Part shown: positions 10,891 through 17,439 of the stretch, one piece after another
Position numbering within the stretch: position 1 is the stretch's first letter
How the letters are laid out: every line of letters starts with the position of its first letter
Source: Octopus sinensis
Lineage: Eukaryota
Assembly (NCBI RefSeq): GCF_006345805.1
Contig: NW_021824855.1
Location: 1 to 17,439, forward strand
DNA: 17,439 bases
Direction of reading: 5' to 3'
Notes under the pieces: generated by a model
What the model was told of the DNA's origin: nothing
Databases searched by the model: none
Seen by the model: the letters and a program-made list of their open reading frames with translations, nothing else
Translations under genes and position numbers: made by a program

Positions 10891-11224
10891 ATGCTTGGCC
10901 ATAGTGTTGTTGGTGGTAGTGGCGATGGTGGTGTTCGTGGTGGCGCAGCGCAAGAACGAGGGGATTGATGCAAGAAGTAGTGATGGTGGTCGTCATATTT
11001 TGGATAAGGGAGTAGATGCTTAGTTAGCTTACATCCGGCAGGGAAATGTAACTATGTATGTCTGTGTATGTCTGCAAATGCCTTTATATGTCTCTGCGTG
11101 TATATGTATGAGCGTGTGCACGTCTCTTTGTGTGTGTGTGTGTGTGTGGTGTGTGTGTGTGTGTGTGTGTATGGGGTGTATTCAGTAAGAAACGAGTGCC
11201 GAGTGGTCAACTCTGTTAGTAAGC

Positions 11225-11311
11225 GACTACAGAGTGATTGATGTCAACTTATACCGGAAGTCCGAGTAGTTTAGTAATGGTCGTCTGTTTGGAAGTCTCA
11301 AGATGGCCGCC
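11225..11311 (+). promoter_or_regulatory. Candidate promoter-like motif cluster (GACTACA, ETS, YY1)
   Basis: gactaca 11225-11231, accggaagt 11253-11261, caagatggccgcc 11299-11311, all within a short non-repetitive island. Confidence 0.35.
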
Positions 11312-11428
11312 ACGATAATTAGAATATCCTAATCAGAATTAACAATAACAAGAAAAGGCGTGTGTGCGTGTTCGTATGCGTGTGCGTGTGTGTGTGTGCT
11401 GTGAGTGTGCGTGTACGTGAGTGAGTGA

Positions 11429-11524
11429 GTGTGTGTGAAAGTATATATGTGTTTGTATGAGTGTGTCTAAGTGTGTGTGTGTGAAAGTATATATGTGTTT
11501 GTATGAGTGTGTGTAAGTGTGTGT
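11429..11524. repeat. 46-bp tandem duplication inside a GT-rich tract
   Basis: gaaagtatatatgtgtttgtatgagtgtgt starts at 11437 and 11483. Confidence 0.85.
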
Positions 11525-11911
11525 GTGTGTGTGTGTGTGGAGGAGGAGGCAAGATGGTCAAAACTGGTGAGGCGGTTTGCTTTATTCTGGTGTAGGTGGG
11601 GTAAAAGGGTGTTGGGTGTGTGGGGGGTGATGTGGTTTTAAGGGGACATTTGACCAATAGTTTGACTAATAGTTTAAAGGATCTCTCCTGCCCCACCCCA
11701 TCCCACCTCACCCTTCATTTTCGGACAATAGGTTAAAGTATGTAGGTGGGAAAAGGGAGTGCGGCGTTGAAGAAAGAAAGAAAGAAAGAAAGAAGTGTGT
11801 GTGTGGTGAGAGGAGGAGGAGAGGAGAAGGGAAGTCGAAGAACAATGGAATTGAAATGTATGATGAGGATGGTTGAGTGAACGGACTTAGCGATATCTTC
11901 AGACTTATCGT

Positions 11912-12505
11912 TATCAACATCAGCATTGCCGTTAATCATCTTCACCATCATCATCTTCACCATCATCATCATCATCGCCATCATCGCCATCATCAGCTCC
12001 ATCATCATCATCATCATCAACATCAGCATTGCCATTAATCATCACCACTATCGTCATTATCATCATCTTCACCATCATCATTATCTTCACCATCATCATC
12101 ATCACCTTCATCATCATCATCAACATCACCTTCATCATCACCACCCCCATCATCATCAACATCATCATCACCATCGTCATCACCATCATCATCATCGCCA
12201 TCATCATCATCATCGCCATCATCAGCTCCATCATCGCCATCATCATCATCATCATCGCCATCATCAGCTCCATCATCATCATCACTATCATCATCATCGC
12301 CATCGCCATCATCATCATCATCACCATCATCATCACCATCATCATCATCACCATCATCATCATCGCCATCATCGTCACCGCCATCATCACCATCATCATC
12401 GCCATCATCATCATCGCCATCATCATCATCGCCATCATCGCCATCATCAGCTCCATCATCATTACACTCATCCTACTCCTTTTTCTTTATCATCGTTGTC
12501 ACCAC

Positions 12506-12540
<35 letters not shown>

Positions 12541-12570
12541 CAGTAGTAGCAGCAGCAGCAGCAGCAGTTA
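11912..12570. repeat. Degenerate (CAT)n array followed by (AGT)n/(AGC)n
   Basis: Gives poly-His/Ile/Met ORFs in several frames; internal duplicate atcaacatcagcattgcc at ~11913 and ~12016. Confidence 0.93.
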
Positions 12571-13011
12571 CCGATCAGCTTGAAGCTGCAAGAAGAGCAG
12601 CAGCAGCAACAAGAACAACAACAGAATATCATCGTCGAAAGACTTACCAATGTTTCAATGACTGCAACAGCAGCTGCACAAACAACAACAACAGCAACAA
12701 CAACAACATATTAACGGGAACGAGTTTCGATGATCGCATCCGAAGTCTCAAGCTATATAGGCGGCATCATCATCATCGTCAACATCACCATCACCATCAT
12801 CATCATCATCGTCATCACCATCGTCATAATAACCTGCAGCAGCAGAAACGTCATCGTCGTTGTCATCAACATGGACACAACTGGCCCAATCAAGGATGCT
12901 AAGTTTCAGAGTGAGTATATGTGAGAACATGTGTCTGTGTGTGCACGTATGTGTGTGTATATATATATATATTATATATATATATATATATATAATAACA
13001 TATACATACAA

Positions 13012-13412
13012 ATAAGGGTGAAAAATTAGATATTAATTTAATAATACCATCAATTTAACACCAAGTGACTTAGCGCATAAAAAACAGGGATACAATAAAA
13101 AATTTATACATAAATATAAGAGAGAGTGATCACTATATGGTCGACTCTAGCGCTAAAAATAGATCCGCTATGGTATTAGCCACTAAAAATTTGATGACCT
13201 ATAGATGTTGTGTTAGTAAAATTGCATATTACATTAATAGCGAAACAATTGTCCAGAGTTAATCTATATTTTTGTTAATTTTCACTTGCCCTGCACGTTT
13301 ACGTTAAATGTGTTAATTCTCCTTGGAAACAATTTTTAGTGGCTAATACCATAGCGGATCTATTTTTAGCGCTAGAGTCGACCATATAGTGGTCACTCTC
13401 TCTTATATTTAT
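13012..13412. mobile_element. PLE-like pseudo-LTR remnant with inverted arrangement, between (TA)n tracts
   Basis: 82-bp inverted repeat 13110-13191 / 13331-13412 (one mismatch). The 139-bp spacer begins with a hammerhead core. Confidence 0.65.
13191..13258 (+). ncRNA. 5'-truncated type I hammerhead ribozyme
   Basis: tTGATGA (13191-13197), long stem II (ctat/atag, atgt/acat, tgtgt/gcata), GAAA (13242-13245), palindromic stem III acaattgt, GTC site 13251-13253. The stem I 5' strand is lost at the inversion junction. Confidence 0.65.
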
Positions 13413-13531
13413 ATATATATATATATATATCAAATATAAATTAAGAACAGAACACAAAGGATATCGCGGTGCGCGTGTTTCAAGCTTTATAAACAATCCA
13501 TTATTACATCATATATATATATATACACACA

Positions 13532-13912
13532 CAGGCGTGGCTATGTGGTAAGAAGCTTGTTTCCCAAACATATGGTTCCAAGTCCAGCTCCTACTGTGTA
13601 GCAACTTGGGCAAGTGTCTTCTGCTATACCGAAACCTTGTGAGCGGATTTGGTAGGCGGAAACTGGACGAAGCCTGTCGTATATATATATATATGTGTGT
13701 GTGTGTCTGTGTTTGTCCACTGTCCATCGCTTGACAACCGATGTTGGTGTGTTTACGTCCCGTAACTTACCGGTTCGGCAAAAGATATCGGCAGAATAAG
13801 TACTAGGCTTACAAGGAATAAGTCCTGGTGTCAATTTGTTTGACTAAAGGCGGTGCTCCAGCTTGGCCGCACTCAACTGAAACAAGTAAAAGAATAAAAG
13901 AACGAAAGAATA
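13532..13912 (+). mobile_element. tRNA-derived SINE, family A, older diverged copy (A3)
   Basis: Colinear with the reverse complement of A1/A2; ends ggcggtgctccagcttggccgcactcaactgaaacaagtaaaagaataaaagaa. Confidence 0.9.
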
Positions 13913-14339
13913 TATACCGTCACACATATGTATATATACATGCATATATATAGTCATACACACACGCACGCACTCACGCAGACACACGAACACACACATA
14001 AAACTTACTGTTAATAGAAGCCGGGCTGCGTTGCGTTCCGTTACTTAATAAATGACAAAATGTATTGTAAATAAACAAATGGCTGGTACAAACCGTATAA
14101 CTGAGTGTATAACCGGACTGGAGACAGACACAGAAGGTCCCCAATTCTTCATCAGCTTGCAACCAGATGGAAACGGTGCAAAGCTGAGTAACACCAGTTA
14201 TGTTTTAATTACTAATAACCGAAAACTTTTTCCTTGGGACGCAGATTTCGAAAAATCAAAACCGTTTTTCTCTAGAACACACCGTTTTGCAAACTTTCGG
14301 TGACATACACTTATACATAGACACGTATACTATCACACG

Positions 14340-14389
<50 letters not shown>

Positions 14390-14418
14390 ACATATACACA
14401 CACACACACACACACTTA

Positions 14419-14690
14419 GTATACTGTTCCATGATGGTAAGACCAATAAAAAAAGTACTTCATCTGGTGAGAGATAAATATTATTTAATAAACACAATAC
14501 ATGTTTTTATATGCTACAATTGGTTTCACGTGCTGAGAACATGTCAGAAGGTATTTAACTGCCATGTGGACAGTGCCTGACAATTGTACTCGGAGACCAG
14601 ACGTGTTAAAATACTGTCTGGTATGTTCTCGGCACATGAAACTAATAGTAGCACATAAAAACATATATCGTGTTTATTAAATCAAACGAT
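14419..14690. mobile_element. Inverted pair of PLE pseudo-LTR fragments, same family as 7733-8754, flanked by (CA)n and (TG)n
   Basis: Arms 14483-14559 and 14605-14682 are imperfect reverse complements. 14419-14520 on the minus strand aligns with 8655-8754. Confidence 0.75.
14573..14654 (+). ncRNA. Near-intact type I hammerhead ribozyme with extended stem II
   Basis: Stem I gtgc/gcac, CTGACAA (14577-14583; one change from CTGACGA), stem II including accagac/gtctggt, GAAA 14638-14641, stem III act/agt, GTA cleavage triplet 14648-14650. Confidence 0.8.
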
Positions 14691-14695
14691 ATATA

Positions 14696-14742
<47 letters not shown>

Positions 14743-14753
14743 TGTGTGTGTGT

Positions 14754-14803
<50 letters not shown>

Positions 14804-14889
14804 CAAGCCGTGTGGCGCAAACACGAACGGGTTTTTGACAAGTTTTCTGTGTTTTGAGAATATTGTTTTGTTTTGCATCACGAAGGCAA

Positions 14890-15107
14890 GTCATTTTTCT
14901 CTTTAAAAATGATGATTGTTGTCGAAGCTGTTTCGCAGTAAAGGTGCTTAAGTTCGGGTAAGATTCGTCCCAGTATACCTTTAACCACTTCGTATGTCCG
15001 CTAGAAGGGCGTTCACAGGCTTTTTCATAGCATCGAAGTAGATGTTGGTTTAGATGTAGAGTCCAAGTCAGAGGAATAGAGCACTTATGCCTTCTTCGAT
15101 AGCCCAC
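14890..15107 (-). mobile_element. Probable N-terminal (Myb-like) fragment of a non-LTR retroelement ORF, R4/Dong-like
   Basis: WTLHLNQHLLRCYEKACERPSSGHTKWLKVYWDESYPNLSTFTAKQLRQQSSFLKRK resembles the WT...N..L..CY...GY..R....W....P....T...L..Q pattern, recalled from R4/Dong-type ORFs. No RT is present here. Confidence 0.5.
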
Positions 15108-15386
15108 TATTGCTGTAGTACTGTTTGTCGCGTGGTGGGGTCTCGCTCAGAGCAATGATCGTGTTAGCGAAATTCCATGTGGTATAAGGTATGTTTTTAA
15201 AACCCGGTCTGAATAGCGCAACGTTGGTAGGTAAAAGGTGCTTCTCTTATTTATAACGGGAGAAATAAAGCAGTTACTGATTTAGGTTGGAGGACTCGAC
15301 ATAAATATAAAAGGAAATGGCCGAAAAATATTTTTTAAACGGGCCTCTACGCCTGCACGTCTGATGTTGACGGCGCTATGTGTGGA

Positions 15387-15862
15387 CAGAAATCCCTCGA
15401 CTATCACGGGTGTTACGTTCCAAGGCGAAAATCCACAAAGTAGAAACCGTACTGTACTGTATACTTTGTTATTTTTATAATTTCTATATATTTATTTTAT
15501 TATAAATGCTAAAACAACACCATCCACTCGCCTCCCGAGTTCCGTTTCCCATAGTCTCTGTGATTCTTGGTTTACTCATCTACGGCACAGAATGTATTTT
15601 CTTTTAATATATTCTATAAAAAGTGTTATAAAGTGCAGTATTGCACTGTATTTTTATTTATTAATTCATTAACTTTTAGGCGTGAAAATGCATATTTTAC
15701 CTCAGAAATAATCAAAATCTAAAATAATATAAATGCCTATCGGCCGCAGAGGCCCGCAATATACTGATAAATCTGCGATATGAATTTACATATATGAGCC
15801 AGAAAAATCCGCGATGTACAGAGGGTGCGATAGGTGAATCGCGATATGGCGAGGGATTACTG
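15387..15862. mobile_element. pogo/Tigger-like non-autonomous element (MITE, ~476 bp)
   Basis: Left cagaaatccctcgactatcacg versus reverse complement of right end cagtaatccctcgccatatcgcg; TA at 15863-15864; repeated subterminal cgcgat motifs; no ORF. Confidence 0.8.
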
Positions 15863-16209
15863 TATATATGTTTGAACGTATGTATGTATGTATTTATGCA
15901 TACATATAAATACGACGGAGATCCAGAGTTTCTCAAATTCACTCACAAGGAACTGGTTTGTCCGGACTATATTAAAAGACACTTTTCCGAAGTGTAGCGC
16001 GACCACACTCATGCTTTCAATCACTGAGTGTATATTTGCAGTGTTTAGCAGCAGTGATTGTCGGGTGTTGAATGGGCAATACCAGGAAAATCAAAATCTT
16101 TATTCGTATACATGTTTGACTAATCAAATGATACTTGTGGGTTTATGCATAAATGCATGTGAGTAGGTATACTGTTAGACACTCGTACAAATATTTAACT
16201 GTATGCACC

Positions 16210-16344
16210 GCTTCCCAACAGTATGGTTCCGGGTTCAGTCCCACTGCGTGACACCTTGTGAAAGTGTCTTCTACTATAGCATCGAACCGACCAAAGCCTT
16301 GTGAGTGGATTTGGTAGAGGGAAACTGAAAGAAATCCGTAGTAT
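16210..16344 (+). mobile_element. SINE family A 5' half (A4), followed by (ATCT)n 16343-16392
   Basis: B box gggttcagtccc and body match A1/A2 up to the internal microsatellite position. Confidence 0.88.
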
Positions 16345-16392
16345 CTATCTATCTGTCTATCTATCTATCTATCTATCTGTCTGTCTATCTAT

Positions 16393-16852
16393 CTCGGGCA
16401 GAATCTGGGCGTCGATGAGGAATACCTGACTCGCCTGTTCAGGACAACTTTCGGGCCGGGACCTATGGACAATCACCAAAGATCCCTGGCAGTGCTATCG
16501 AGAAGCATTACCTGTCCGGGATAAGCTCTACAGGCACGGTTCGAGACACACTGAACCGACTTGCCCGAGATGCAGTCGGAGCGACGAAACCGTTCTGCAC
16601 GCACTCGTGCAGTGTCCAACCATTTCGGACCTGTGGGCTTATGCCGAACGCCTGCTGTCACGTGTGGGACGAGCCCGCCTGTCGGCCGAGTCTATCGTGA
16701 AAGTCGCTCCGTCCCCTTCCCTCAACCGGGAAGGCAAGGCAGTTTTCATCGTACTGGTGGCCACGGTGAAAGAATGTGTGTGGTGGACTCGAGCGAAAGG
16801 ATTAGAGACAAACACTTACCTCTTTGGTCAATCGCTCAACTTTTTCAAATAC
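16393..16852 (+). mobile_element. Tx1/L1-clade LINE ORF2 C-terminal fragment with CCHC zinc finger (zf-RVT-like)
   Basis: WQCYREALPVRDKLYRHGSRHTEPTCPRCSRSDETVLHALVQCPTISDLW..VKECVWWTR; CCHC at 16562-16615. GC-rich, one frameshift near 16487. The track's 16607 ORF covers only part of it. Confidence 0.85.
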
Positions 16853-17232
16853 CAAATTTTGGCATTGAATGCTACACCAATTCCAGAACGGGACGACACT
16901 GCATAGTGCTAAAGACCCCAGCAATGCCATCACGCTTCAAGACCAGTTACTGCAACAGCCTGGGTTTCAAGGGCCCACAGCTGTTTAATATTCTCCCAAA
17001 AAGTCTGAGGAACTTGCACAAAGTAGATGTAAGATTTTTTAAAATCAAAGCTGGATATCTTCCTGTCGAGTCCCAGATGAACCTACTTCACGGCAAGAGG
17101 TGCAAATGAGGGTAGCTATATCAAACTCCATTCTTCAGCAAGTGCCACATATTAGAGGAGGCTCTTAGTAATAAAAGTGTAACAAAATGGCGCTGCATCA
17201 GCATGGCCGCACCTCTGAGCTGAAACAAGAGA
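16851..17232 (+). mobile_element. CR1-group LINE extreme 3' fragment
   Basis: PNFGIECYTNSRTGRHCIV..YCNSLGFKGPQLFNILPKSLRN, then VPDEPT..NSILQQVPHIRGGS* (stop 17166-17168); tail atggcgctgcatcagcatggccgcacctctgagctgaaacaag. Homologous to 4090-4445. Confidence 0.85.
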
Positions 17233-17235
17233 GAA

Positions 17236-17267
<32 letters not shown>

Positions 17268-17439
17268 GTGTGTGTGTGCGTAGGTAGAGACAGATAAATA
17301 TATGCCTACGCACGTATTGCGATTATAGGTAAGCATGCATGCATATAATATATATATATATATATTATATATATAACAATTGCAGCGTGGAAGGTGTTTG
17401 TAAGCCATTTAAGAACCACACAAAAGCCGTTCGATTCAC

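Noticed and set aside
11926-12583. Poly-His, poly-Ile and poly-Met ORFs (His-rich protein?)
   Set aside because: All are frames of one (CAT)n microsatellite.
14120-14160. CTGATGA plus agaa/ttct stem on the minus strand
   Set aside because: No GAAA or stem III follows.
16561-17109. 182-aa ORF as a real gene
   Set aside because: Read-through of an off-frame Tx1 fragment into the CR1 fragment.
17372-17439. Start of another interspersed repeat after (TA)n
   Set aside because: Truncated by the window edge; nothing diagnostic is visible.

Overview
Non-coding, repeat-saturated eukaryotic genomic DNA, most likely cephalopod (octopus-like, inferred from the tRNA-derived SINE families and extreme microsatellite density). 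No intact protein-coding gene is supported; almost every ORF in the track is a microsatellite artefact. Between the microsatellites lie: three tRNA-headed SINE families (7 copies); two CR1-group LINE 3' fragments whose terminal motif is shared with the SINE tails; a Tx1/L1-type CCHC zinc-finger fragment; a possible R4/Dong-type N-terminal fragment; a full-length but dead Tc1-like transposon with DD36E spacing; a pogo/Tigger-like MITE; and Penelope-like (PLE) remnants. The PLE remnants carry at least three degenerate type I hammerhead ribozymes, two in inverted-repeat arrangements. One 82-bp near-perfect inverted repeat contains a further, unassigned structured motif.
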